A stretch of DNA of 64,000 bases from an uncultured Deinococcales bacterium (GCA_964247135.1 CAXTTL010000002.1:1-64000), one strand, 5' to 3'; shown: positions 37,952 through 48,255, counted from the first letter of the stretch. Numbers and translations are program-made. The notes: generated by a model not told the origin, from the sequence alone.

Positions 37952-40900
37952 TTAGTCCTGTTCAATCAATGACAGGGCAACATCTCGAGCCAGAATGCCA
38001 ATTGCCGAAGCTTGGTGCTGTTTGACTAAAATTGACAGTTGCTCGCGTCTTTGTTGGTCCCAATTACCTTCAAAGACCAAGGCTGCAAAATCCTTGTACT
38101 CGGTTGCCAATTCGGAAGTGAGTATCACGTCATAATTGCTTGGTGGTTGTAAAACAAACTCGAGCATTTCAGGGGTATGTTTACCCAATCGCCAAGCGGC
38201 ATGAAGATGGGAGAGTGCCCAAAACCAATCGTTTTTTGGTGTTTGTGTCAACTTAAAAGCTTTTTCGTAATCGCCAAATGAAAGTGCGTACTGAACTTGA
38301 AGTAAATTTTCCAAATCCTCACCAATAGAAATATCAATCAGTGGTAACTGTGCCACAAAACCATCGCCGAGTTCAAGCGTAATACGTGTAATCCATCCTT
38401 GCGCAAGCGACTCGAGTTGATGGTCATGAATTTGCTCGAGTTGTGTTCTGGCTTGCTCAAGTTGACCGAGAGCATACTCGCAAATCGCAGCATTGAAAAC
38501 GGCGTATGATTGATAATTGATTAATCCACTGCGTTTTATGAATGCAAGTGAACGATCAAGACGTAATTTTGCAGTTATGAAATTGCCATTATTCATTTCG
38601 AGCAAGGCAATATTGATTCCAATAATAATTTCTATTCTAACATCACCGATTTTTTCGGCAAAAGCCACAGCCTTTTCCCAAGCAGAGGCTGTTTCGGGAA
38701 TACGGTGTTGTCCATGAAACGTAAGACCTAGATCATTCCAGACGCTGGCGAGCAAATGACTATTTTGTGATTGTTCAGCAAGCTGAATCGCCAACTTCAG
38801 CAAATATTCCGAACGTTGCAAACGCCCTTGTTCACGTTCAAGTCCTGCCAACCCTGAAATCGCCAATGCCTGCCCAACAAAATCTTTTGCTTGCTTGGAA
38901 GCCCTGAGCGCCTCGAGTCCAGCATGTTTTGCCAACCTCACATCCTGCCGCTCTCGCAAAATCGCGCTTTGCTCGAGACACAATGGGGCATAGGCGGGTT
39001 CTTCGCGTTTGGGTTCGCCCACCAGTCGCAGTGCCTCATCCAAAGAGCCGCGCAAGCGCAAGGCTTTGGCGACGCTGACCCGAGCGTTCAGTGAGGCTTC
39101 CAATCCTCCCTCGAGCAATTCGGCGCTGTCCATCACGGTTTTCCACAAGGTTATGGCTTCAAGGTTGCGTCCCATGAACGATAAAACTTCTGCCAGTTGA
39201 TGCCGCACTTTCATGGTTTCCAGGCGCTCACCCTCGAGTTTTTCGCTGGCAGTTAACGCCATGCGGTAGGCGCGTTCGGCTTGCGGGTAGGCGAACGCAT
39301 GTTGCGCTGCCAAACCTGCTTCCAAACCTTTTTGCAGGGTTTGTTCAAACATGCCAGCCTCGAGGTAATGTTCGGTCAACTCGAGCGGTGCGGCGCGGGT
39401 TTCGAGCAGTGCGGCGGCTTTGGCGTGCAGGCGACGGCGTTTGAGGCTCATCAAGCCAAGCGCCAGCAGTTCGGCGTAACTGGGGTGCGTGAACCTGAAA
39501 CCCTCGCCGTTCGTGCCTGGGGTTTCGATCATCAGTTTGGCGCGTACCAGCGTCTCGAGCGCGTCGAGGGCGGCGTCATCTGACCAGTCCAGCAGCGCTC
39601 GGGCGTCTTCAAACAAAAACGCGCGACCCAAAACGCTGGCGGCTCGGGCAAACTCGAGGGCAGGTTGTGGCAGCGCGCTGATGCGGTGGCTGAGCAGGTC
39701 GTTTAAGGTTTCGGGCAAGCCGGTCAGGTTTCGATTCCATTCGTAGACGCCAGCACGCCTGTAGACCGCACCCGATTCGAGCATGGCTTTCAGGCGTTCC
39801 TCGAGCACCCAGGGGTTGCCGCCAGCGCGTGAGACGAGTTCAACTTCCAGTGCTGGGTCAAGTTCATCGTCCATTAGCGCCCGCAGCAACTCGAGCGTCA
39901 AGGGTTCGGACAGTGGCTCGAGGTGAACAATACGTTTTGGATTTAAGCCTTTGGGGTGCGTGGTGTTTTCGGGCAGGTCTTCGAGGCGGTACGAGATCAT
40001 CATTTTTGTATTCTCGAGGGCGCGAGTGCTGTGTGCCAGCAATTCAAGGGTGCTCGAGTCTGCCCAGTGCAGGTTTTCAAACGCCAGGATCGAGGTTTGA
40101 GAAATGTTCTCGAGCAATTCGGTGAAAGCTTCAAACAGTTTTAACCGCGCCACCTCGGGCGGCAAATTGCTGTCGCTGGCGGGCACAAAACCCAATTTGC
40201 TCGAGATGCGACCAAGTTCGCCTTTGGCGTTGTCAGACAGGTTCTCGAGCACCTCAGAATGGTGTTTTCCCAGGCTGGCGATCAACCTCGAGATCGTGCC
40301 AAACGGTGTGGGGTCATCAACGATGGCTTCGGCAATCACCAAGCGTTTTCCGTTCCCTTGAAGCCTTTCGCCCAGAGCTTTGAGCAACCTGGTTTTGCCC
40401 ACGCCAACATCGCCTGTCACGGCAATCAAACCCGTTTCAGACTCGAGGAAGGCATTTAAAACAGCCATTTCGGTGTCGCGTCCAACCAGTGGCGCAATCA
40501 AAATCGCGTCGGCTCGAGCAATTTCACTCGAGATTTCCACGGTGTTTTGAAGGTTTGCTTCCAGCGAGGCGAGCAAGGCTTCTTTGACGGCGAAGGCGCT
40601 CTGCGGACGGTCGAGCGGATTTTTTGCCAGCATCTGCAGCACCAGCGCGTTTAAGCTTTCGGGCACGTTCGGGTTGACATCTTTTGGGGCTGGGGGCGTG
40701 CCTTGAATGTGCTGCATGATGACCTGCACGATGCCCTCGCCCGTGAAGGGTGGTCGCCCCGTCAAGGCACTAAAGAGCACCGCTCCAAGGGCGTACAAAT
40801 CGGCGCGGTAATCGAGTTGCTGCCCTCGGCATTGTTCGGGAGCCATGTACAAGACCGTGCCGACCACCGCGCCCTCCCTGGTCAGTGCCACGCTGCCCTC

Positions 40901-41359
40901 GAGCGTTTTTGCCAGTCCAAAATCCATCAGTTTGGCGTTGCCGCTTTCGGTGACACGAATGTTTTCGGGTTTTAAATCGCGGTGCACAATGCCTTGCGCA
41001 TGAACCGCCGAGAGGGCGCTGGCAACGCCCGCAAAGACCTGAATCAGTTTCTCGAGTGGTGGATTGTCTTTGAGCCAATCGTTTAAGTCTGTGCCGCGCA
41101 CGAATTCCATGATTAAAAAAGGAATCGCGTTTTCTTCGCCCAAACCCAGCACTTTCACCACGTTTTCGTGTTCGATCCGCTCGAGCGATTTGAACTCGCG
41201 CCGCAAACGCACGCCGCCCTGTAAAGCCACGGCTTCGTGCAGGCGTTTGACCGCCACAAACTGCCCTGTGTCTTTGTCCAGCGCCAGACTGACACGACCC
41301 ATTGCGCCAGAGCCTAGCTCTCGGACAAATTGGTAGCGTTGGCTCGAGGAGACGGACAT
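37952..41359 (-). CDS. Hanks-type Ser/Thr kinase fused to AAA/STAND-like ATPase and TPR domains
   Basis: LGSGAMGRV, VAVK, HRDLKPEN, MDFGLAK and GTVLYMAPEQ; LVGRD and Walker A GDVGVGKT; ENLHWAD; TPR tail. Confidence 0.9.
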   Translation of the reverse strand: MSVSSSQRYQFVRELGSGAMGRVSLALDKDTGQFVAVKRLHEAVALQGGVRLRREFKSLERIEHENVVKVLGLGEENAIPFLIMEFVRGTDLNDWLKDNPPLEKLIQVFAGVASALSAVHAQGIVHRDLKPENIRVTESGNAKLMDFGLAKTLEGSVALTREGAVVGTVLYMAPEQCRGQQLDYRADLYALGAVLFSALTGRPPFTGEGIVQVIMQHIQGTPPAPKDVNPNVPESLNALVLQMLAKNPLDRPQSAFAVKEALLASLEANLQNTVEISSEIARADAILIAPLVGRDTEMAVLNAFLESETGLIAVTGDVGVGKTRLLKALGERLQGNGKRLVIAEAIVDDPTPFGTISRLIASLGKHHSEVLENLSDNAKGELGRISSKLGFVPASDSNLPPEVARLKLFEAFTELLENISQTSILAFENLHWADSSTLELLAHSTRALENTKMMISYRLEDLPENTTHPKGLNPKRIVHLEPLSEPLTLELLRALMDDELDPALEVELVSRAGGNPWVLEERLKAMLESGAVYRRAGVYEWNRNLTGLPETLNDLLSHRISALPQPALEFARAASVLGRAFLFEDARALLDWSDDAALDALETLVRAKLMIETPGTNGEGFRFTHPSYAELLALGLMSLKRRRLHAKAAALLETRAAPLELTEHYLEAGMFEQTLQKGLEAGLAAQHAFAYPQAERAYRMALTASEKLEGERLETMKVRHQLAEVLSFMGRNLEAITLWKTVMDSAELLEGGLEASLNARVSVAKALRLRGSLDEALRLVGEPKREEPAYAPLCLEQSAILRERQDVRLAKHAGLEALRASKQAKDFVGQALAISGLAGLEREQGRLQRSEYLLKLAIQLAEQSQNSHLLASVWNDLGLTFHGQHRIPETASAWEKAVAFAEKIGDVRIEIIIGINIALLEMNNGNFITAKLRLDRSLAFIKRSGLINYQSYAVFNAAICEYALGQLEQARTQLEQIHDHQLESLAQGWITRITLELGDGFVAQLPLIDISIGEDLENLLQVQYALSFGDYEKAFKLTQTPKNDWFWALSHLHAAWRLGKHTPEMLEFVLQPPSNYDVILTSELATEYKDFAALVFEGNWDQQRREQLSILVKQHQASAIGILARDVALSLIEQD

Positions 41360-41547
41360 GTGTTTTGTATTATGGCATTTTGCCTGAATGCAAACCGTTC
41401 TTTTGGTGGTATTTGTTGTGCTCGAGAAGAGGTTTGCGATTTGGTTTTTGTTTTATTCCCAATATCCAATTCGGTTGCTGGGGTTTTAATGCCCTGACTA
41501 AACAAAGGGCTTTGATTTTTAATGAATACGCCAAAAAAGTGAGTGTC

Positions 41548-41572
41548 GTAGGGGCGCTGCTTGCTGCGCCTT
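41548..41572 (+). repeat. GTAG-type REP element
   Basis: GTAGGGGCGCTGCTTGCTGCGCCTT. Confidence 0.7.
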
Positions 41573-41620
41573 TTGCTCTCCCGCGTTTTATGGTGATGAG
41601 AACGCGAGTTGTTCTAAATC

Positions 41621-41649
41621 TTGCAAAATCATAAACCCCATGCTATAAT
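41621..41649 (+). promoter_or_regulatory. Near-consensus sigma70 promoter
   Basis: TTGCAA-N17-TATAAT with extended TG. Confidence 0.75.
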
Positions 41650-41726
41650 TACGTTAATAACAGAAATCTCGAGACTCAATACGCTCCCCTCCCCAAAATT
41701 TCGCACATCACGCCATCAACCAGAAA

Positions 41727-41788
41727 GCTCGAGGTGGAATCAGTTTCAAACCCAAGCACATCGCTGCACCTCGAGCGGTGTTTTTTGT
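41727..41788 (+). promoter_or_regulatory. Putative attenuator (terminator/antiterminator) in the 5' leader
   Basis: Terminator ACATCGCT/AGCGGTGT plus T-run; alternative perfect 10-bp pairing GCTCGAGGTG (41727) with CACCTCGAGC (41767). Confidence 0.5.
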
Positions 41789-41871
41789 TGTCTGAAAACT
41801 CCTGCCTGCACTCAGAACTCACAACCTCAACCATGCCAAACTAGGACATGGACTTATCGACTGGAACGACC

Positions 41872-42288
41872 ATGAACCTGACCATGACGGTGAAACAACT
41901 TGGGCGCAAAAAAGCGCTGACCACCCGAAACTACAGCCTCGGAAATTTCTCGAGTCAACCCACACTGACCGAACTGATCGAACGAATTGTGATGCTCGAG
42001 GTGAATGCGTTTCGTGAACGTCAAGCCGACAATCAATTCTTGCGGGTTTTAACCGAAAACCAATTGCTCGAGGCGTCTGAGACGGGCAAAATCAGTTTGG
42101 GCGGACAAGAATTTTCGCAAGAGGTGAACGTTGACGACGCCATCCAAACCGCGATTCAGGCGTTTCAAGACGGTTTGTATTACGTTTTTAACGGTGAAAC
42201 GCAAATCGAATACTTGTCCGATGTCGTCAACCTTGAGCTTCGTCAGGACATTGTGTTTTTACGCCTTGTCGCCTTGGTCGGAGGATAA
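41872..42288 (+). CDS. Hypothetical protein with a MoaD/ThiS/ubiquitin-like C-terminus ending in Gly-Gly
   Basis: ...GLYYVFNGETQIEYLSDVVNLELRQDIVFLRLVALVGG-stop. Alternative start at 41848. Confidence 0.75.
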   Translation: MNLTMTVKQLGRKKALTTRNYSLGNFSSQPTLTELIERIVMLEVNAFRERQADNQFLRVLTENQLLEASETGKISLGGQEFSQEVNVDDAIQTAIQAFQDGLYYVFNGETQIEYLSDVVNLELRQDIVFLRLVALVGG

Positions 42289-42290
42289 TT

Positions 42291-45200
42291 GTGATCAGCC
42301 GTGAAGAAGCTCAGAAAAGACTTGCCGATACTCGAGTCAAAAATCCAAACGTTGTTTTGGCAGGGCGCATCCAAACTTTGCCCGAGCACTTAACGCAAAT
42401 CACGCTCGATTACTTGTGCTTAGACGCCAACGGCGACGAGCCAAAGTTCTCTGATTACCAAGCCCGCAACAAGTTCGATGAAGCCGCCAAGAGCGCCTTT
42501 TTTCAAACCTCGAGCGACGATTTTGCCTTGATTCTCGAGACGTGGTTTCCGCGCTTTCCCAAGGTGGCGCTGTCAGCCTTGCAAGCCCCTGTCACCTACC
42601 GTTTTCGCAGCAGCGTCATGCCCAGTTTGACCTCGCAATTCGAGACCGCCAAAGGCTGGTTGGCGTACACCCGCGCTTACGATCAGCCGCTCGAGTGGAT
42701 GACCGAGTACGCGGGTTACGAATGGGCTTTTCAGTATTACACCATGCCGCTGTTCTTGGCGGCGGTGGATTCTGGCAACGATGCCGTGTTTGAAATCATG
42801 CTCGCAGCCGCCAAAAGCGAACATCCTGTGGCGGTCATGGGCGACTACGTGATCGACACTTTAATGCGTTCCAATCGACCCGAGGGTTGGGATTTGCTCG
42901 AGAAACTGCTGCTCGCCGCGCAGCGTCAGGAGGGTTTACGGCAGAGCATTTTCAATAAAATCATGATCGCTCACCCAACGGCTTTAAAACGAATGATACA
43001 TTTGATTCTGGACAACGACCTGCTGCGGTTTTCCTCGAGCGTGCAATGGGCGATTTCATTCCTGCCACTCGCGCCAATCGAACCCACGCCCAAAGTTTTA
43101 GAAGATGCGGTTCGGGATTTTTTGACGCGGCTCGAGCATCAAGATGCAAGTCGCGCGATTGTTAAAAATTTGAAAGGCACACCAGATTGCCGCGATTTGT
43201 ACTTGGCGTTGTACGTGCTGGCAGTCGAAAATCTCGAGGAAGCCCAAAGTTTGGGTTTGCTATGGCTCAAGCACAAAGACGCCAAGTACCGTTTTGTGGC
43301 GCTGCATGTGTTGCAACGTTTTGATCTTGCCACCCACCCAGATGTGATCGCGTTGTTGTCCGACAAGGACGACATGGTGGCACTCAAAACGCGTTCTTTT
43401 GTGATCTTGCCTCGTGAAACACCCGAACAAGCACTGGCTTCGTTTCAAACCCTGAAAAAGTTTCTCGAGCGTTTCCCTGCCAAGCTCGAGTTGAAAAGCC
43501 CAGAACTTTGGATGGGTGCTGTCGCAACTGACCCAAGCGACATTGCGGGGCAGATGTTTGACTTTGTCAATAACGAAAATGCGCGTTTGATGATGCCCTA
43601 CAAGCACTTGTTAAACCCTTGGACGTTGCGCAGCCTGATGGATAAACTCACCGAACAAAAGCCGTGGGATTTTGAGGTTCGTGGCATGGTGATCGAGGCT
43701 TTGACCGCCAAAGACAATTACTTGCGCGAACGGGCTTTTGTCACCATGAAGGAAAGCAAAGCCGCGCTTGAGGAAAGCGATTTTGTTGCGCTCGAGAAGC
43801 AGTTAAGTCGTAAAACCGCATCGGTGCGCAAAGACACGATTGAACTGATTTTGGCGCAACCAGCCGAATTCGCTAGCGCCAGCGCAACCCGTTTAAAAGC
43901 CGCCAAAACCCCCGAGCAGAAAAAAGCGGGTGAAGAAATCGCCAAAGCGCTCGAGAGTGTCCGACTCGAGCAAAACGTACCAAGTGCGGCGGACGGCTTT
44001 GGATTGTTCGACCCCAACAAGCGCAGTCCAGCCTTTAAGCTTGAGCGCAAAAATGTTCAACTCGTCACGCCCGCCGCACTGGCGGTTTTGGGATCGCTCG
44101 AGAAACTGGTTTGGCAGCACCGTTTGACCGTGGTGGACGAGATCAATTGGAGCAATGAGGTTTCGCAAAAACCGTTTGAAAACACCTGGTTGCGTGCTCC
44201 GAGCTTTCACGACACCGAAAATCCGTTGCTCGAGCAGTGGAAGAAATTCCCGTTGTCTGAAACTTGGACGGCATGGTTTGAAAACCGCACGACAAAAGAG
44301 CGCGACACTGATGGACTCGAGATTTTACGTGCCATTGCGATTCGACCTTTTATGTTTCAATCCATCTTTAACGATGATTACTACGATGAAAATTTCAATT
44401 ACGACCTCGAGCCTGACAATGACGACGCTGGCACAAGCAATTTGGGTTTGCAAAAAAGCTATTTTGGCAGTTTAAGACCCGTCAAACGCAAAGACGAAGA
44501 TCAACGCCTCGAGAACAACATGGTGCAGATTTTGTACTGGCTCAAAGAGTTGTATCCAGCCGTGGGTGAGCACGATTTCGCGCTCGACTTGCTCGAGGAT
44601 CAACTCGCACAAAGCATTCCTCTTCTCGAGCAAGGTTTTCAAAAATTCGTCGAGAAAAATACGTTGCTGCCCGACGAAGTGGCGCTGAGGGAAAACAAGG
44701 ACTATCAAACCTTTAAAAAATTACTTCCCGTCATCGTCAAACTCCAACCCAGCGCTGCCGCCTTGACCAGCGCTCAACAGGCTCGAGCGTGGCAACTCGA
44801 GCACAGCATGAGTTTGCGGCTGTGGTGGAATGGCAGCCGCACAATCAACCACTCGCATCTGATGGCGGCGTTCAGGGCGGGTATTGCGAATCAAACTGAT
44901 GTGATGGAGGCTTTGATCGGTCCGAGTCATTTGCGTCCCAGCAAAAATGTCGTTTGCAACAATGGTTTCACCGACCACCTAACACAAAAACCATCAGAAT
45001 TCCTCAAAACATATCCAGAACTTCAACCCATGCTCGAGCAGTGCGCCGACCGTGTGCTCGAGATTGAATTGCAACGCGGGGATTTGCCAACGCCAGCCAC
45101 GATTGCGGCAACCCGAATTCGGTTTTTGTCGGGTTTGGGACGTTTAATGCCGATTCTCGAGGTGATCGGGCAGGACAATATTTCGCGTGGTGCTGGGTAC

Positions 45201-47159
45201 TATTATCAAGATCAAACGCCGCGATTGGTGGTGTTCTCCGACCTTCTGAAAGCCGTTTATCCCAGCCCCAGCGACACCCAAGCCAATTTTGACAAAGCCA
45301 TCAAAAAAGCCAAAATTCCCGAACAGCGCCTGCTCGAGCTTGGATTGTTCGCGCCGCAATGGACGCAATTTGTCGCCAAGAATATCGGTTGGAAGGGGTT
45401 AAGCGATGCGATGTACTGGCTTCGGGCGCACACCAAAGACGGTGGCTTCAGCAACGATTCCGAACTCGAGGGTTGGAAACTCGAGATGGCGCAACTGACG
45501 CCGCTTTTGACCCAGGATTTGGTCGATGGCGCGGTCGATGTCAGTTGGTTTAATCAGGCGTACAAAGACCTTGGCGACAAGCGCTGGACACAACTGTACG
45601 ATGCTGCCAAATACATTTCTTCGGGGACGGGTCACGCCAGGGCAAAACAGTTTGCCGACGCAATGCTGGGCAAATTACTCGAAGCCGATGTGGTCAAACG
45701 AATCACGGGTAAACGCCATCAGGACAGCGTTCGTGCGCTTGGACTGATTCCTCTGCCCAAAGCCAAAGACGCGGTGCTTTTGGCGCGTTACGAGGTCGTG
45801 CAAACCTTTTTAAAGCAAAGCAAGCAATTTGGTTCGCAACGCAAAGAATCCGAACGACTCGCGTCACGCATTGCACTCGAGAATTTGGCACGCACCGCAG
45901 GGTTTCCAGACCCGATGCGGCTCGAGTGGGCGATGGAATTAAAAGCCGTGGCAGACCTCTCCAAAGGCGCGGTCAAGCTTAAAAAGGACGATGTCGAACT
46001 GGTCTTGTCGGTCACAACCGACGGCGAACCGACGCTCGAGGTTTTGAAATCGGGTAAAACCTTAAAGGACATTCCCACTAACCTCAAAAAAGATGACGCC
46101 GTGATCGAAATTCGCGCCCGAAAAAAGGAACTCGAGAATTCACGCAGCCGAATGCGGGTTTCCTTAGAGCGTGCAATGGTGCATGGTGATGCCTTTACTG
46201 CAAAAGAACTCCGCGACCTGACCAAACACCCAATCGCCCGTCCGATGCTCGAGCAACTGATTTTTATCGACGATGCACAACTGGGGTTTCTCTCGCCCGA
46301 CGGTAAAAACCTGGTCAGTGCAAACGGCGAATTGCTCGAGATCAAAGGCTCGAGTTTGCGCCTTGCGCACCCCGTGGATTTGTTCGAGTCCAAAACCTGG
46401 TCTGAATGGCAGAGCGCGTATTTTACGGCGCAACGTCAGCAACCGTTCAAGCAAATCTTCCGCGAGTTGTACCTGCTCACACCAGCCGAGAAACTCGAGA
46501 AAACCAAATCCAGCCGTTACGCGGGGCATCAAGTCAACCAACGCCAAAGTGCGTCATTGCTTGGTTCAAGGGCTTGGGTGGTCAGTTACGACGGCGATGC
46601 CAGCCGAACTTTTTTTAAAGAGGGCATCACCGCGCACATCGGCAGCAAGCAAGGTTATTCAACGCCAGCCGAAGTTGAAGCCCCCGCGCTCGAGACGGTT
46701 TCGTTTTCCAAACGCGGTGGTTGGGAGGCGCTCGACCTCGAGAGCATTCCAAAGCGTTTGTTCTCCGAAGTCATGCGTGACCTTGACTTGGTGGTTTCGG
46801 TGGCGCACGTCGGCGGCGTTGATCCCGAAGCCTCGCAAAGCACCACCGAAATGCGGGCGGCGTTGCTCGAGGAAACATTGCGGTTGCTCAAGATTAAAAA
46901 CGTCAAACTCGAGAAAAACCTGGCATTGATTGAAGGGCAGATTGGGCGTTACAGCGTGCATCTTGGAAGCGCGGTGGTACATCAACAACCTGGCGGCGCG
47001 ATCTGTTTGGTTGCCGTGCCGAATCAGGCTCGAGGTCGGATTTTCTTGCCGTTTGCGGATTCTGATCCGCGCACGGCGGAAGTGATTGCCAAGGTCATCT
47101 TGTTAGCGAAGGATTCTGAGATTCAAGACCCTATTCTGCTGCGGCAATTGGTCGGATAA
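42291..47159 (+). CDS. Large DUF4132-family (MolR/YehI-like) HEAT-repeat protein
   Basis: AAQRQEGLRQSI, RFSS; C-terminal KQFGSQRKESE, LERAM, HPIARPMLEQL, LAHPVDL, QPFKQIFRELY, FSEVMRDLDLVVSVAHVGGVDPEAS and RGRIFLPFAD.DP.TAEV. Confidence 0.82.
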   Translation: MISREEAQKRLADTRVKNPNVVLAGRIQTLPEHLTQITLDYLCLDANGDEPKFSDYQARNKFDEAAKSAFFQTSSDDFALILETWFPRFPKVALSALQAPVTYRFRSSVMPSLTSQFETAKGWLAYTRAYDQPLEWMTEYAGYEWAFQYYTMPLFLAAVDSGNDAVFEIMLAAAKSEHPVAVMGDYVIDTLMRSNRPEGWDLLEKLLLAAQRQEGLRQSIFNKIMIAHPTALKRMIHLILDNDLLRFSSSVQWAISFLPLAPIEPTPKVLEDAVRDFLTRLEHQDASRAIVKNLKGTPDCRDLYLALYVLAVENLEEAQSLGLLWLKHKDAKYRFVALHVLQRFDLATHPDVIALLSDKDDMVALKTRSFVILPRETPEQALASFQTLKKFLERFPAKLELKSPELWMGAVATDPSDIAGQMFDFVNNENARLMMPYKHLLNPWTLRSLMDKLTEQKPWDFEVRGMVIEALTAKDNYLRERAFVTMKESKAALEESDFVALEKQLSRKTASVRKDTIELILAQPAEFASASATRLKAAKTPEQKKAGEEIAKALESVRLEQNVPSAADGFGLFDPNKRSPAFKLERKNVQLVTPAALAVLGSLEKLVWQHRLTVVDEINWSNEVSQKPFENTWLRAPSFHDTENPLLEQWKKFPLSETWTAWFENRTTKERDTDGLEILRAIAIRPFMFQSIFNDDYYDENFNYDLEPDNDDAGTSNLGLQKSYFGSLRPVKRKDEDQRLENNMVQILYWLKELYPAVGEHDFALDLLEDQLAQSIPLLEQGFQKFVEKNTLLPDEVALRENKDYQTFKKLLPVIVKLQPSAAALTSAQQARAWQLEHSMSLRLWWNGSRTINHSHLMAAFRAGIANQTDVMEALIGPSHLRPSKNVVCNNGFTDHLTQKPSEFLKTYPELQPMLEQCADRVLEIELQRGDLPTPATIAATRIRFLSGLGRLMPILEVIGQDNISRGAGYYYQDQTPRLVVFSDLLKAVYPSPSDTQANFDKAIKKAKIPEQRLLELGLFAPQWTQFVAKNIGWKGLSDAMYWLRAHTKDGGFSNDSELEGWKLEMAQLTPLLTQDLVDGAVDVSWFNQAYKDLGDKRWTQLYDAAKYISSGTGHARAKQFADAMLGKLLEADVVKRITGKRHQDSVRALGLIPLPKAKDAVLLARYEVVQTFLKQSKQFGSQRKESERLASRIALENLARTAGFPDPMRLEWAMELKAVADLSKGAVKLKKDDVELVLSVTTDGEPTLEVLKSGKTLKDIPTNLKKDDAVIEIRARKKELENSRSRMRVSLERAMVHGDAFTAKELRDLTKHPIARPMLEQLIFIDDAQLGFLSPDGKNLVSANGELLEIKGSSLRLAHPVDLFESKTWSEWQSAYFTAQRQQPFKQIFRELYLLTPAEKLEKTKSSRYAGHQVNQRQSASLLGSRAWVVSYDGDASRTFFKEGITAHIGSKQGYSTPAEVEAPALETVSFSKRGGWEALDLESIPKRLFSEVMRDLDLVVSVAHVGGVDPEASQSTTEMRAALLEETLRLLKIKNVKLEKNLALIEGQIGRYSVHLGSAVVHQQPGGAICLVAVPNQARGRIFLPFADSDPRTAEVIAKVILLAKDSEIQDPILLRQLVG

Positions 47160-47205
47160 AACTGAAAGTCAAACCTCGAGCATCAATCCGTTTTAAGATG
47201 CTTGA

Positions 47206-48174
47206 GTGCAAGACCTTTTAACCCGATTTCAAGCCGGTGACGAACGTGCCCTGGCTCGAGCCATCACCATTGTCGAATCGGGTGATCCTCGAGCCGATGA
47301 ATTGCTGGCGGCATTGCGGGGTTTGAACCGTTCTGCCGTGGTGATTGGCATGACGGGCGCCCCTGGTGCGGGCAAGAGCACCCTGACCGACCAGTTGATT
47401 GCGGTGTGCCGCGCCAGAAACGAACGGGTTGCGGTGCTTGCCATCGATCCGTCCAGCCCATTTTCTGGCGGCGCGATTCTGGGTGATCGAATTCGTATGG
47501 GGCGGCATTACCAGGACCGTGGCGTGTTCGTGCGGTCTATGGCAACCAGGGGCGCATTGGGTGGGCTGGCAAAGGCAACCGTGGGTGTCTTGTCGGTGCT
47601 CGAGGCGTTCGGTTTTGACCGTGTGATTCTCGAGACGGTGGGGGTTGGTCAATCCGAGATTGACATTGCGCGGGTTGCCGATCACACGGTGCTGGTGCTC
47701 ACGCCAGCGGGTGGAGATGCGGTGCAGGCATTCAAGGCGGGCATCATGGAAATCGCCGATGTTTTCGCGGTCAACAAAGCCGACATTCCTGGGGCGGATA
47801 GGTTGGTGCGTGAAATTCAGGCGGCGCTCGAGTTCAACCCTCACGATGAATTCTCGTGGTGGGCAAAAATTGTGAAAACCATTGCCAGCACGGGGCAGGG
47901 TATTTCCGAATTGCTCGAGGCTATCGACGCGCACCGCGTACATCTTGGCGAGGCTGGCTTGCAAACCCGCAGGCTCGAGCGTGCCAGGTTCGAGATCATC
48001 AATGCCATCAACGACGAGGTGCGCGGCATCATGAAGCAATCCGAACGCGAGCTTTTGCTGCGCGTCTCGAGTGGTGAAAGCACGGCGAATGTGGTCGCTC
48101 GAGAATTGATTGCCGCTGCCCTCGAGAAATCGGGTTCGTATGGCACGACTCGAGTGCACATTGTTGACGAATAA
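47206..48174 (+). CDS. meaB: Methylmalonyl-CoA mutase-associated GTPase MeaB
   Basis: LARAITIVE, GAPGAGKST, DPSSPFSGGAILGDRIRM, ETVGVGQSE, KAGIMEIAD and NKAD. Confidence 0.93.
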   Translation: MQDLLTRFQAGDERALARAITIVESGDPRADELLAALRGLNRSAVVIGMTGAPGAGKSTLTDQLIAVCRARNERVAVLAIDPSSPFSGGAILGDRIRMGRHYQDRGVFVRSMATRGALGGLAKATVGVLSVLEAFGFDRVILETVGVGQSEIDIARVADHTVLVLTPAGGDAVQAFKAGIMEIADVFAVNKADIPGADRLVREIQAALEFNPHDEFSWWAKIVKTIASTGQGISELLEAIDAHRVHLGEAGLQTRRLERARFEIINAINDEVRGIMKQSERELLLRVSSGESTANVVARELIAAALEKSGSYGTTRVHIVDE

Positions 48175-48255
48175 TGGATACCGTGCTATTCTATAGAAAT
48201 CAACGGCGAAGAGCCGTGTTTTTTATTTTAGACTGCCCGAGAGTGGGTTATTCCC

